Virus record (IMG/VR): IMGVR_UViG_3300017963_000201
Span: 32,001-96,000 of that record
Source: a virus
Strand: one strand, 5' to 3'
DNA: 64,000 nucleotides
Made by a program: the position numbers and the translations under genes. Below the pieces are notes generated by a model. It had not been told where the DNA came from. It searched no databases and worked only from the letters and a program-made list of their open reading frames with translations. Of the stretch, positions 1 to 10,186 are shown one piece after another. Within the stretch, counting starts at the first letter, position 1, and each line of letters opens with the position of its first letter.

Positions 1-115
1 CTATAATCTCGTCTTCGGGATGTGTTTTCCGGGCAGATCTAATCATAGGAGTTGCCGCTATAACATCCCCACACCCACCCTGAACTAAAAGAATAATCTT
101 TTGTCTATCTGACAT
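1..115 (-). CDS. N-terminus of a glycosyltransferase family 9-like protein (runs off window edge)
   Basis: Manual translation from ATG at 115 (RBS GGAGGG): MSDRQKIILLVQGGCGDVIAATPMIRSARKTHPEDEII, resembling the GT9 heptosyltransferase N-terminal GDV..TP motif; not in ORF track. Confidence 0.6.
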   Translation of the reverse strand, partial: MSDRQKIILLVQGGCGDVIAATPMIRSARKTHPEDEII

Positions 116-189
116 GTACCCTCCAAAGTGTAGTCTCTGAAGGGTATAATACAAGAATACTAAGAATCCCATTCGAGACTTAAACTATG

Positions 190-1392
190 CTAAAATTGGT
201 TAACACAGCTGCTCGATTCCTGCTCAACCAAGAGTTTCGTCTTCCCTTTGATGGAAAGACCAGCGCTCTCAGGGCAGCAGGCTGTCACCGCGTAGGTCGC
301 GGCCAATTGTTTCAAATTTTCTGCAGCGTTCTCATCCCGGTCGTGCTTTGTCCCGCACTCACAAAACCAGTGGCGTTCGCTGAGGCTAAGCGCGTCGTAG
401 ACAAGACCACAGGTCGAACAAGTTTTGCTCGAAGCGAACCAGCGGTTTGCTCGAACGACCGTTGTACCGGCAAACTTAGCTTTGTAGTTGAGCTGCCGTC
501 CGACTTCGGCCATCGCGGCGTCCATTATGGACTTAGCGAGACGGCGATTCGCTACCATTCCTCTGATGTTCAAGTCTTCAATGCCGATCCAACGGAAACG
601 TCGGACCAACTGCGCAGTCAATTTGTGCGTCACGTTCTTACGTACGTTGGTGCTTCGTTCGTACAGCCGCTGGAGCTTTGTTCTCGTCTTTTGCCAGTTC
701 TTCCCTCCTTTGTGTCGACGAGACAACTCTTTGTTCAACATCCGCTGACGCTTTTCTATTTGACGCAACGCTCTAGGTGCTTCGATACGTTCTCCGGTCG
801 AAAGAACGGCAAGGTTTACGACGCCCAAATCTACTCCGACAGCTGCTTGGGTTTCACAGCGGTGGGGATAAGACCAGCGGGCTTCGTCGACCTTGACCTG
901 TACCGATACATACCAGTGCCCTGCGTGCTTAGAGAAGCGTGCAGAAAGGATGTTGCCCGGAAAGCGCAACGCTTGCCGGGTTCTAATCCATCCAATCTTT
1001 GGCACTTTGATTCGGAGTGCGTCAAACTGTATTGCTCTTCCCTCAATGCTAAAAGCAGGTTTTGTCCGCTTTTTACTTTTGAAACGCGGGTAACCGGGCT
1101 TTTCTCCGATTTTTACGCGCCGAAAAAAGTGCTGAAAAGCGTTGTTCAAATCTTGCAGAGCGCTATTGGGTACCGCCCAGGGAAGTTCTTTGAGCCAAAA
1201 CAGGTCGCTTCGTTTGCGCGCATTAACTTCGCGATTAATGCTTTGCCAGTTGGGCTTGCCGCCCGCTTTATATACCTGCTGCCAGCGATCCAAACCGAGA
1301 TTGTAAACAAAACGCGCCGCACCAGCAAACCGTTCCAGCTGCGTCATTTGCACGTTGTTCGGGTCGAGCCGAATCCGCTGTCCCAAAATCAT
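190..1392 (-). CDS. tnpB: TnpB RNA-guided endonuclease (IS200/IS605/IS607 type)
   Basis: N-terminal HTH (ARFVYN), PRFKSK motif, RuvC-I GVDLG, RuvC-II IEDL, Zn finger CSTC..CECG, RuvC-III DRDENAA; catalytic D-E-D intact. Confidence 0.93.
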   Translation of the reverse strand: MILGQRIRLDPNNVQMTQLERFAGAARFVYNLGLDRWQQVYKAGGKPNWQSINREVNARKRSDLFWLKELPWAVPNSALQDLNNAFQHFFRRVKIGEKPGYPRFKSKKRTKPAFSIEGRAIQFDALRIKVPKIGWIRTRQALRFPGNILSARFSKHAGHWYVSVQVKVDEARWSYPHRCETQAAVGVDLGVVNLAVLSTGERIEAPRALRQIEKRQRMLNKELSRRHKGGKNWQKTRTKLQRLYERSTNVRKNVTHKLTAQLVRRFRWIGIEDLNIRGMVANRRLAKSIMDAAMAEVGRQLNYKAKFAGTTVVRANRWFASSKTCSTCGLVYDALSLSERHWFCECGTKHDRDENAAENLKQLAATYAVTACCPESAGLSIKGKTKLLVEQESSSCVNQF

Positions 1393-1544
1393 TTGGCGTT
1401 CATTGCCTTTCGTACGATCCGCCGAAGAATTTCGGATATCGACACGTCGTTGCGTTTGGCTTCAAGTCGCAGCCACGCCAAAAGCGGCGGGTCAAAGGAC
1501 AGTTTGATACTCGGCATTCGTTGTAGCTTTTTCGGAGCAGGCAT
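1389..1544 (-). CDS. Ribbon-helix-helix (CopG/Arc-like) protein, 51 aa
   Basis: Manual translation MPAPKKLQRMPSIKLSFDPPLLAWLRLEAKRNDVSISEILRRIVRKAMNAK; ATGA overlap with tnpB start. Confidence 0.75.
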   Translation of the reverse strand: MPAPKKLQRMPSIKLSFDPPLLAWLRLEAKRNDVSISEILRRIVRKAMNAK

Positions 1545-1551
1545 GGTGGAG

Positions 1552-1580
1552 AGTATAGCTACGCCCAACGATTACGTCAA
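1552..1580 (-). promoter_or_regulatory. sigma70 promoter for RHH-tnpB
   Basis: TTGACG-N17-TATACT on minus strand, 7 nt before ATG (near-leaderless). Confidence 0.75.
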
Positions 1581-1620
1581 GAGGCAACTTGATGGCTGTC
1601 TAGTTAACAAAGGATACACC

Positions 1621-3692
1621 GTGGAAAATACAAGCGAATTAAAATTTCGTCGGAAAGGTTGAATGGGATTATTGCCCATATTGACGCAGGCAAGACCACC
1701 GTAACCGAAAGGTTTTTGTACTATACGGGCGTGACTCATCGCATGGGAGAGGTCCACGATGGACAGGCCGTCATGGACTGGATGCCCCAGGAACAAGAAC
1801 GTGGTATTACCATTACCTCGGCGGTCACCGTGCTGCCCTGGCGCAAACATGAAATCCACCTCATCGACACACCGGGGCACGTGGATTTTACCGTTGAAGT
1901 CGAACGCAGCTTGCGAGTCCTCGACGCAGCGGTTGTGGTCTTTTGTGCCGTGGGAGGAGTCGAGCCCCAATCAGAGACAGTATGGCGACAAGCAGATCGC
2001 TACCAGATCCCCAGATTGGCCTTTATCAACAAAATGGATCGTGTCGGGGCAGACTACGAAGGTTGTGTCGAGCAAATGGTCGACAAGCTGGGCTGCGTTC
2101 CCATGCCAATCCAGATTCCCCTGGGAAAAGAAGAAAACCTCCAGGGAGTGGTCGATCTAGTCAGAATGGAGATATTGCGCTGGCATACTGAAGACCTTGG
2201 GGCCACCTTCGACCGCTCACCCCTCAATGACGACCCTGAAATTGCCGCCCTAGCCGCTCCGTGGAGAGACCGGCTGCTCGAGATTCTGGCGGATGACGAC
2301 GACCAAATCGCCGAGGCTTATCTTGCCGGAGATACCATTGCCACTGAAAAAATCATGGCCGCGGTTCGCAAGCAGTGCCTGTCCAACCGTGCGGTGCCGG
2401 TTTTGTGTGGCTCGGCCCTCAAGAACAAGGGAGTTCAACCCTTGCTCGATGCAGTCGTCGACTTTTTACCAGCGCCGGTGGAATTGCCTCCAGTCCAGGG
2501 GACCCATCCCCAGACCAAAGAACCGGTCGTCATGGAGCGTAATCGCAACGAGCCCTTTTCCGGCGTCGCGTTCAAGGTCCAACTCTGGGACGGACGCAAA
2601 CACACGTATCTACGCATCTACTCGGGCTCGCTGAGCGCCACTGACACGGTCTACAACCCGAACAAGGACGCCAATGAAAAAATAGCTCGCCTTCTGAAGC
2701 TGCACGCCGACAAGAAGTCCCGTATCCAACGGGCTGACGCAGGCGACATCGTGGGCGTCGTGGGGCTGAAAAAGGCGACAACCGGAGACACCCTGTGCAC
2801 CCGAGCCCATCCGGTCGTCTTTGGGCAAATGACGTTCATGACCCCAGTCATCTCCATGGCGGTGGAGGCCAAAACCAGCCGAGTGGAAGAAAAACTCAAA
2901 GAGGTCCTGGTAAAAATGGTCGAAGAAGACCCCACCTTTACCGTGACCCAGGATCCCGACACTGGGCAAACCATTTTGAGCGGTATGGGCGAGCTCCACC
3001 TCGAAATCATCTGTGATCGTCTGGAGCGAGAATTCCACGTTCCGGTCAATGTCGGCAAACCCCAGGTTGTCTATCGCGAGACCTTGTCACAGGCAACCGA
3101 AGCCTCGGAACGCTTCGAGAGAAAATTCGACGAGACAGCCAAGGCCAAAAACATGTTCGCTGGGATAACCCTCAAGGCCGAACCTCTAGGTCGGGGACTC
3201 GGTCTAAAGTTCACAAACACCATCGTCCGCCCCCCGGAAGCACCCCCGATTCCCGCAGACTTCATCCAGGCCGCAGAAGAAGGGGTCCGGGAGGCTGCTG
3301 GCGCCGGGCCGCAGTCAGGCTATCCCATCACCGACATAGCGGTCTCGCTCAAGGGCATCGAGTTCAAAGAGGGTGACACAACGCCCATTGCGGTTCACAT
3401 CGCCGCAGCGGGTGCTTTTCGGCGTGCCTGCGAAAAAGCCGGAACGGAGCTACTGCTTCCCATAATGGCGTTGGAAGCAGTGACGCCCGAAGATTTCACG
3501 GGGGCCGTTATTGGAGACATCAACTCACGGGGAGGCAAGGTCGAAGAGCTCGAGAAGAAAGCATCCAGGACCATCATCCGGGCCCAGGTTCCGATGACCA
3601 AGATGTTCGGCTATGCCACCAGCCTCCGTTCATTGACTGAAGGCCGGGGTACTTTTAGCATGCGGTTTCTCAAGTTTGATAGGGCGTCCTGA
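1621..3692 (+). CDS. fusA: Elongation factor G with a small frameshift/stop lesion at ~1654-1664 (main ORF 1659-3692)
   Basis: G1 [10 protein letters not shown]2 RGITI, G3 DTPGH, G4 [33 protein letters not shown]; natural N-terminus [11 protein letters not shown] (GTG 1621, RBS AAAGGA) is in another frame and stops at 1660-1662. Confidence 0.9.
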
Positions 3693-3698
3693 CCGGGT

Positions 3699-3890
3699 AT
3701 GAGCAACCAGCCCCCAACCAGTAGCGAATCACGGTGTTACAGGGGCCTGGTCTTGTGGCTTGTGTTGGTCGCAGCCGGAATCCTAGGCATGCTTTTGGGG
3801 TTTTGGATAGGACGTCGGGCCGATTCGTCTTACCTCGAGCTTCAGGTTGTCTCCGATCGTATAAATACCAGACAAAAACGTCAAGAGTAA
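3699..3890 (+). CDS. Short membrane-anchored ORF, probably a truncated host gene at the insert junction
   Basis: One hydrophobic segment; 6 nt after fusA; ends at the GC-to-AT transition. Confidence 0.4.
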   Translation: MSNQPPTSSESRCYRGLVLWLVLVAAGILGMLLGFWIGRRADSSYLELQVVSDRINTRQKRQE

Positions 3891-3988
3891 TTATTTTAAA
3901 TTCCAATCTAACAAATTTATAAATATATCTTTTAGGCTATTATTATTACTAAAACACCTAATTATATTTTTAGTTAGTTTCAAAATTC

Positions 3989-4004
3989 TGGCATAAAACT
4001 TGCT
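3989..4004 (+). promoter_or_regulatory. sigma54 (-24/-12) promoter candidate
   Basis: TGGCATA-AAAC-TTGCT. Confidence 0.5.
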
Positions 4005-4385
4005 TAAACTAAATAAAAATCTTACCAAAGAAAACGCGGATTCATACTGTGAATAAAGGGTGAAACGAGAAAAAGCCACTGACACAAAAAATTACACATA
4101 TATCAAACAACAAATCAAAGAATGGCATATTCTTTTGTACATTTAGGATTATAAGACCGATTTTTTTGATTAAATTTAAGTTATATAAAACAATGACATA
4201 AAAACACAAACAGAAATAATTCCGTAGTTGAACAAAAAACACAGGAATTTTTAGATTAAGGTTTGTATGGAGCACCTCAATAATTAAGGCATTTTTATCG
4301 AAAAAATACAAAAAAAATCCAGGGAATAATTCTCTATATATTACATAGTTATACCCCCATGTACGATTTAACTTGACAAAGTTTT

Positions 4386-4401
4386 TGGCTTGCGATTTGC
4401 T
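4386..4401 (+). promoter_or_regulatory. sigma54 promoter candidate ahead of a hairpin cluster
   Basis: TGGCTTG-CGAT-TTGCT; predicted start ~4413 coincides with first hairpin. Confidence 0.45.
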
Positions 4402-4988
4402 ACCTTTCTTGCAAGAAGCCGAACAGCGATAGCTGTTTGGATCGCGCAAGCACGGACCCCGTAAGGGGTTCGTGGACCTAACATTTGCCCCTTGCCTCTT
4501 ATGTTTTTATCATGCATGTTAAAAAATATACAAGCCATTTAGAGTATGCCATTCATGGTGGGTTTTAACCCACCATTAGAAGGCATTTAAATCAATTGAG
4601 GCCGAGCAGGTTGATACTGCTCGGGTGATAATTGGTTTGAATGACTTCTCTTTCGTTTGATATTTGATTTATGATTTGCAAAACATATCTTAAAACTTAG
4701 ATTTTGTCCTTGTAAGCAGAGATCTGTCTTTTTGGTAAATCAAAATATTCAGTAATAATTAATAAGTTAATGTTCTTTCAAAGGGGATGTGAATGGAACT
4801 ATAGTCTCATTTACCCTATCGGGTATGGGTGATGGTGCTACGCACCTATCACCCACCATTCGACTCGTTCCATCCACATCCGAAACATGAGAATAGGCAG
4901 AAGCCTGCACTCGTGCTTCGCTTATGCGAAGCACTCCTTTGTTCCTGCCTAGCTACCGGCTCAGAAAAAATCCGGTATTATATTCTCT

Positions 4989-5366
4989 ATGAAAACCATC
5001 ATTGCAGGATCCAGAAATATAGAAGACTATATTTTAGTCTGTGATGCTGTGGCAGAATCTAAGTTTACTATTACTGAGGTAGTATCTGGTAGTGCTAAGG
5101 GTATTGATCAACTTGGAGAACGTTGGGCAAAAGAGAATAATATACCTATTACTAAATTTCCTGCTGATTGGGAAAAGTATGCTAAGAAAGCAGGATATAT
5201 CCGTAATCAAAAAATGGCCAAGTATGCTGATCAATTAATCCTAGTTTGGGATGGATTTTCTCGTGGATCTAGTGGTATGCTTCGCACAGCTTATTTTTTA
5301 GGTTTGAAAGTCTATGTCAAACTTGTTAGTAAAGGAGGGCCATATGCCCAGAAAAAAGAAGGTTAG
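4989..5366 (+). CDS. SLOG-superfamily (YspA/DUF2493-like) protein
   Basis: IIAGSR, VVSGSAKGIDQLGERWA, PADW, AGYIRNQKM, WDGFSRGS motifs. Confidence 0.8.
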   Translation: MKTIIAGSRNIEDYILVCDAVAESKFTITEVVSGSAKGIDQLGERWAKENNIPITKFPADWEKYAKKAGYIRNQKMAKYADQLILVWDGFSRGSSGMLRTAYFLGLKVYVKLVSKGGPYAQKKEG

Positions 5367-5853
5367 GAAGGAACCCCTTAGTTACGATCCAATTAATGAT
5401 TACGTCGTAGACATGGCAAATCAGCTTATCGCTAAACACCATCCCCACCTTGCAGATGCTAAAATGGCATATCTTTGGCGCAATAAACCTTTGATGGAAT
5501 CTGGACAAGCGGTATTTGCTAAAGCCAAAAAAATCACAGGAGAGATGCACGCTCTTTGTGATAAAGAATTTTTGATCGTGATTGTCTACCCTATGTGGAA
5601 TGATTTAAAAGAAGAAGAAAAGTGGGCCATATTGGATCATGAACTTACTCATTGCTTTGTAGACGAAGACGAAGAAGGCGAACGAGTATGTAAGATCCTA
5701 CCCCATGACTTTAGTGATTTTGGAGAAATTATAGTCAGACATGGTTTATACGGGAATCTAAAAGTCATTGCTGAAGCTATGAAAATAAGAAAGCTAAAGA
5801 AAGAAACAAAAGTTACAAAAGCGGCTCAAGAAGAAGCACCGGCTCTACAGTGA
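5344..5853 (+). CDS. Putative phage metallopeptidase (HExxH)
   Basis: LDHELTH plus PHD motif; RBS GGAGG before ATG 5344. Confidence 0.7.
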   Translation: MPRKKKVRKEPLSYDPINDYVVDMANQLIAKHHPHLADAKMAYLWRNKPLMESGQAVFAKAKKITGEMHALCDKEFLIVIVYPMWNDLKEEEKWAILDHELTHCFVDEDEEGERVCKILPHDFSDFGEIIVRHGLYGNLKVIAEAMKIRKLKKETKVTKAAQEEAPALQ

Positions 5854-6677
5854 AACTTGTCCTAGCAGACTGCTTCGATCTTTGTAAGCGTATCCCTTCT
5901 GGTAAGATTAATCTTGTCTATGTGGATCCCCCATTCAACACAGGTAAAAAACAAAAAGGAGGGCGTATAAAGTTTACATCCTCTAACTCTGGATCTCGAA
6001 AAGGTTATGCTGGTAGAAAATACAAAACTGAAAGCATACCTGGCCCCTCATACCAAGACATCTACAAAGATTATATTTCTTATTGGGGGCCGAGATTTTT
6101 AGAGATGGCTCGAATATTAACTTCTAACGGATCTTTGTTTATTCATATTGATTACCGCCAAGCCCCTTACGTGCGGGTATTTCTTGATCAGCATCTTTAT
6201 TTTATGAACGAAATAATTTGGGCATACGACTATGGAGCACGCACAAAAAAGAGGTGGCCAGCAAAACACGATAATATACTTTGGTACGTAAAGGATCCTG
6301 CAAATTATGTTTTTAACTATTCGAAAATTGATCGGATACCTTACTTGGCTCCCAGCCTTCAAACTCCAGAACGAAGACAATTGGGAAAAACACCGACTAC
6401 CGTTTGGTGGGGTACCATTGTCCCAACCAATTCAAAAGAACGCACAGGATACCCAACCCAAAAACCAAGATGGCTACTAGAGCGGATTTTGAAGGTGCAT
6501 ACAAAGCCCCGAGATTGGGTCTGTGACCCTTGTGCTGGTTCAGGTACCCTAGGGGCTGTAGCTAGTTCCCTAGACCGTAGGTGCCTTCTCGGGGACTCTA
6601 GCGAAGAAGCAATAGAGTGTATGCAGAAAAGACTCTCTCAGTACAGTCCCCAAATCATTAAAATAGGCAAAAAATAA
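5850..6677 (+). CDS. Site-specific DNA methyltransferase (N6A/N4C, beta class)
   Basis: DPPF catalytic motif N-terminal; YPTQKP; DPCAGSGT SAM-binding motif C-terminal. Confidence 0.9.
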   Translation: MKLVLADCFDLCKRIPSGKINLVYVDPPFNTGKKQKGGRIKFTSSNSGSRKGYAGRKYKTESIPGPSYQDIYKDYISYWGPRFLEMARILTSNGSLFIHIDYRQAPYVRVFLDQHLYFMNEIIWAYDYGARTKKRWPAKHDNILWYVKDPANYVFNYSKIDRIPYLAPSLQTPERRQLGKTPTTVWWGTIVPTNSKERTGYPTQKPRWLLERILKVHTKPRDWVCDPCAGSGTLGAVASSLDRRCLLGDSSEEAIECMQKRLSQYSPQIIKIGKK

Positions 6678-6681
6678 AGGA

Positions 6682-6711
6682 TTGACATCTGTAACGCAAT
6701 AGTGTTACACT
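6682..6711 (+). promoter_or_regulatory. sigma70 promoter with palindromic operator
   Basis: TTGACA-N18-TACACT containing GTAACGC-N4-GTGTTAC. Confidence 0.75.
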
Positions 6712-6728
6712 CGCATTAGGAGGACGGT

Positions 6729-6935
6729 ATGCTACACAACACTTCAATAAGGCTATCGAAGCAAGAAAAAAAATGGCTTGCTTCGTTTGGGAGACCAGTT
6801 GGGGAGCAAATCAGGATACACAATAGGCTTGTGCGAAAGTTGTATGCCCTGGCCGAAAAAAACAAGACGATTACCTTAGCAGAAGCTCTATCAATATTAG
6901 ATAGCGATCCACTTGAGGAGTCTGATGCAGAATAA
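6729..6935 (+). CDS. Ribbon-helix-helix-like DNA-binding protein
   Basis: TSIRLSKQEKKWL beta-helix pattern; RBS GGAGG. Confidence 0.55.
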   Translation: MLHNTSIRLSKQEKKWLASFGRPVGEQIRIHNRLVRKLYALAEKNKTITLAEALSILDSDPLEESDAE

Positions 6936-7899
6936 GTACGAAATTATCCGAGAGCTGTTCAAAGAATATAGCTTGCTAAACTACCCACTAGCAAGCTACG
7001 ACGAGTTTATTCAACGAATAATGCCCGAAAGGTGCTTCAAGCTACTCTACGCGGCGACTCAAAAAATGGGCTACAGCCAAGCTGATTTTGTCGCAATGCC
7101 CCAACTAATGTACACGGTTTGGGTAACTGAAAAAACAGGTCGTCCTGTTTTTGAAGTCCGTCCCGATATTATGGAAGCCTTACGGGATACGGACATTCCA
7201 GACTTTCCTTTGGAAGATCTAAAACTACCATTCGAAGGAATAATATTAAAGATCGATCAAGACACTTTTCATGGGCCTGCAGCTAACACGGGAGTTTTGT
7301 ACGTAACCCAAGTAGACTCTGATCGCTTTCGTGTCGTCTTTGATATTAACGACGAAGATACACATTTTATGAACCTTACCACAGATGGGTGCCATACTCT
7401 TAAACAATCAATTGAGAAATCGACACAGGCCACAAAAGAGATCCCCGAGCATATTCTTAAGCAATACGAAGAGTCACGAATCTACTTTGATTACTATGAC
7501 TCTGATGTTTTTCGCTTTGTAATTAATCTTGTTTTGTACATTACAAGTCCAGATAGCGATGTGAAGCAAGACAAAACCAAGATACATGCTTTACATCAAA
7601 AGTTACAAGCGACAAAAAAGAAAAACAAAAGAGAAATTATTCTAAAGCAACTTAGAAAAGCTAAAGACCACAAAAGATATATCGTAGGTGCAAATACTAA
7701 ACTTACGAAAGAGTACAAGGCATCGCTGACTGATGCCGGAAAAAAGTGGGCACTCACTCACAGATTCAAAGTACGGGGACACTTCAGAAAGCAAGCCTGT
7801 GGTAAAGGTTATCAAGACCACAAGCGCATTTGGGTTTCTCCGTATTGGAAAGGTCCTACCTACGCAGAAATGCTAGGTATGAATTACGTGGTAACATGA
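6925..7899 (+). CDS. Hypothetical phage protein
   Basis: Long ORF; C-terminal VRGHFR..RIWVSPYWKG motif typical of phage proteins. Confidence 0.6.
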   Translation: MQNKYEIIRELFKEYSLLNYPLASYDEFIQRIMPERCFKLLYAATQKMGYSQADFVAMPQLMYTVWVTEKTGRPVFEVRPDIMEALRDTDIPDFPLEDLKLPFEGIILKIDQDTFHGPAANTGVLYVTQVDSDRFRVVFDINDEDTHFMNLTTDGCHTLKQSIEKSTQATKEIPEHILKQYEESRIYFDYYDSDVFRFVINLVLYITSPDSDVKQDKTKIHALHQKLQATKKKNKREIILKQLRKAKDHKRYIVGANTKLTKEYKASLTDAGKKWALTHRFKVRGHFRKQACGKGYQDHKRIWVSPYWKGPTYAEMLGMNYVVT

Positions 7900-8219
7900 C
7901 AGATAGAAAAAAAGGCATCGAAAATATTTTAATCTTCCTAACAAACAGCGTACCTAAAAAGTATAAAAAGTATATCGGGATTAGCATAGAACCCGCACAG
8001 TTAATAACGGATATTATAACTATTGGATCCGAGTTTGCCATACAAATGATCTATGTTTTGCATCGTATGAGTGCTTCTAATACTGCAGCATCCCAAGAGT
8101 TTTTCAATATGCTAATCGTAAAATTAATCTATCGAGCAAACGAAGAAGGTTTTCTAGCAGAAAAACTAAAAAAACAGCTAGAAGGTTGGATCATACCCGA
8201 AAACGCTTTACTTAACTAG
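7896..8219 (+). CDS. Hypothetical protein
   Basis: ATG overlapping upstream stop. Confidence 0.5.
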   Translation: MTDRKKGIENILIFLTNSVPKKYKKYIGISIEPAQLITDIITIGSEFAIQMIYVLHRMSASNTAASQEFFNMLIVKLIYRANEEGFLAEKLKKQLEGWIIPENALLN

Positions 8220-8238
8220 GAATCAAATAGGAATCAAA

Positions 8239-10113
8239 ATGGATATCGAAAAATTAGCTAAGAAACTAAAGAAAGCCCAAGACGCTTATTACAATAAGTC
8301 ACCGATACTAACCGATTCTGAATACGACAGACTTTATCTGACTTTGAAAGAATGGGATCCAAATCATCCCGTCCTAAAGAACGTAGGGGCTCCACCAAGT
8401 AACCATTTAAAAAAAGTCAAACACACTATCCCAATGGGTAGCCTGAATAACGTATTTACCACGGAGGAGTTTCTATCTTGGGCAAGAAAAACCAAAGCCG
8501 AGTTTTTTGTCATCCAGGAAAAACTAGATGGGATTTCTATCGAGTTAGAATATAAAAATGGGTGTCTCTTGCAAGCATCTACTCGTGGTGATGGTCGGGT
8601 AGGCGAAGACATTACGTTTAATGTCCGGAAAATGAAAAACGTTGTGCATCGGTTCAAAAAACCGTTCACGGGTACTTTACGCGGAGAAATTATTTGTCGC
8701 AATTACGAATTCAATGAATACTTAGCAGAGAATTATGCTAATCCTCGCAATGCAGCATCCGGTATCTCAAGAAGAAAAGATGGTTGGTATTCAGAACATC
8801 TTACCATTCTTTATTTTGATGTCTTCTCAGAGTTAGTACCACCCGTTAAAGAATCCCAAAAATTGTATTTTATCGAAGATACTCTAAATCTTTCTACAGT
8901 ACCTTCTAAAATAGTCCGGATAGACAATGCGGTCGAGTGGTATAATTGGTATTTAGATACTGGAAGAGCGGGCCTCAATTATATGATCGATGGCCTAGTT
9001 ATCAAAGTTAATAGACTGTCCATCCAAGAAAGTTTAGGTACAGTAAATAATCGACCAAAAGGTCAGATAGCTTGGAAGTTCCCTGCAGCGGTAAAGACTA
9101 CGGACGTTACCGAGATTCGTTGGGAGGTAGGCAGAACGGGGCGTATAACGCCTGTGGCGCATTTAGAGCCCATAGAGGTAGGTGGGGTTACCATCTCAAA
9201 AGCAACGCTCCACAACGTATCTAACGCCATAAATCTTGGGGTAGTAGAAAAATGCACTGTGATAGTTAGTCGAGCAGGGGATGTTATTCCTCAGATAGAC
9301 AGAGTTGTCACAAAAGTGGGCGACTATGTTTTAGACGTTCCACTGCATTGTCCTGTTTGTGGTGCCAAGACTAAATTTGAAGGTGAGTTTTTGATCTGCC
9401 ATAATAATGCATGCCCAGCTCGGCATAAAGGCGACATTGACAAATGGATCGAAATTACGCAGATCGATCTGGCCGGAAAGAGCTTTATTGAAGATGTTTA
9501 TCGATCACAACTAGTAAAGGACCCATCTGATCTCTATACTTTGACAGTCCATGATCTATTAAAGATCCCGGGGTACAAAAAAACTAAGGCAAGTAAAATC
9601 TTAAAAAATATCCAGGACAAAAAAATACTCAGGTTAGAAGTGTTCATGGCAGGGCTAAATATCCCCAACGCTTCTTTATCTACGTTCCAAGAGCTTGTAG
9701 AAAATGGCTTTGACACCTTAGAAAAAATAAGAAAAGCCACGGTAAAAAAATTGTCTAGGGTACATTCCATTGGGGAAATCACAGCCGAGAGTATTGCTGT
9801 GGGTATCGAAAATAAAGATGCAATCATTGATAAGTTATTAAAGAATGGGGTTATTATAGAAGAGTGCAAACAAGGGGAGCTTAGTGGGATGTCCTTTTGT
9901 TTTACCGGATCACTTTCTGAGATGAAAAGAGGTGACGCACAAAACTTAGTCAAAGAAAAAGGTGGAATAGTAAAAAGCGGGGTATCAAAAGGGCTAACAT
10001 ACTTAGTCCAAGCTTTCCCTGATTCGCAATCAAGCAAAAGTCAAAAAGCTAAAAAATACGGAACCAAGATTATTAACGAGCATGAATTTTACAAAATAGT
10101 GGGTTTGCTGTAA
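8239..10113 (+). CDS. ligA: NAD-dependent DNA ligase
   Basis: EKLDG adenylation motif, TRGDG..GEDIT, NPRNAASG, DGLVIK, IAWKF, OB fold, Zn finger, HhH, BRCT. Confidence 0.96.
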   Translation: MDIEKLAKKLKKAQDAYYNKSPILTDSEYDRLYLTLKEWDPNHPVLKNVGAPPSNHLKKVKHTIPMGSLNNVFTTEEFLSWARKTKAEFFVIQEKLDGISIELEYKNGCLLQASTRGDGRVGEDITFNVRKMKNVVHRFKKPFTGTLRGEIICRNYEFNEYLAENYANPRNAASGISRRKDGWYSEHLTILYFDVFSELVPPVKESQKLYFIEDTLNLSTVPSKIVRIDNAVEWYNWYLDTGRAGLNYMIDGLVIKVNRLSIQESLGTVNNRPKGQIAWKFPAAVKTTDVTEIRWEVGRTGRITPVAHLEPIEVGGVTISKATLHNVSNAINLGVVEKCTVIVSRAGDVIPQIDRVVTKVGDYVLDVPLHCPVCGAKTKFEGEFLICHNNACPARHKGDIDKWIEITQIDLAGKSFIEDVYRSQLVKDPSDLYTLTVHDLLKIPGYKKTKASKILKNIQDKKILRLEVFMAGLNIPNASLSTFQELVENGFDTLEKIRKATVKKLSRVHSIGEITAESIAVGIENKDAIIDKLLKNGVIIEECKQGELSGMSFCFTGSLSEMKRGDAQNLVKEKGGIVKSGVSKGLTYLVQAFPDSQSSKSQKAKKYGTKIINEHEFYKIVGLL

Positions 10114-10186
10114 ATTCGTTTTGCTATTTTTTCAAGTTAATATAGATACATAGTAACAAACTGAAAACTAATTTTGGAGAAATCTC

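Larger units (their letters stand above)
170..1600 (-). mobile_element. Non-autonomous TnpB element (RHH + tnpB, no transposase); ends approximate
   Basis: tnpB plus coupled small RHH gene and own promoter; higher GC than flanking phage DNA; exact ends not determined. Confidence 0.6.
3890..4980. other. Long non-coding AT-rich region with clustered hairpins (candidate origin, packaging or ncRNA region)
   Basis: Very AT-rich 3890-4380, then inverted repeats at ~4418, 4451, 4555, 4603, 4819, 4913; no credible ORF. Confidence 0.45.

Noticed and set aside
187-1662. 491-aa plus-strand ORF
   Set aside because: Antisense shadow of tnpB/RHH with no recognisable motifs; only its last 13 codons are meaningful (EF-G N-terminus)
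165-1670. 10-bp terminal inverted repeats defining a classical IS spanning 165-1670
   Set aside because: The right copy lies inside fusA downstream of its native start, and TnpB elements are not normally defined by terminal inverted repeats; kept only as a possible scar
3891-4449. ORFs in the AT-rich region
   Set aside because: Low-complexity F/I/L/K composition, no RBS; likely non-coding
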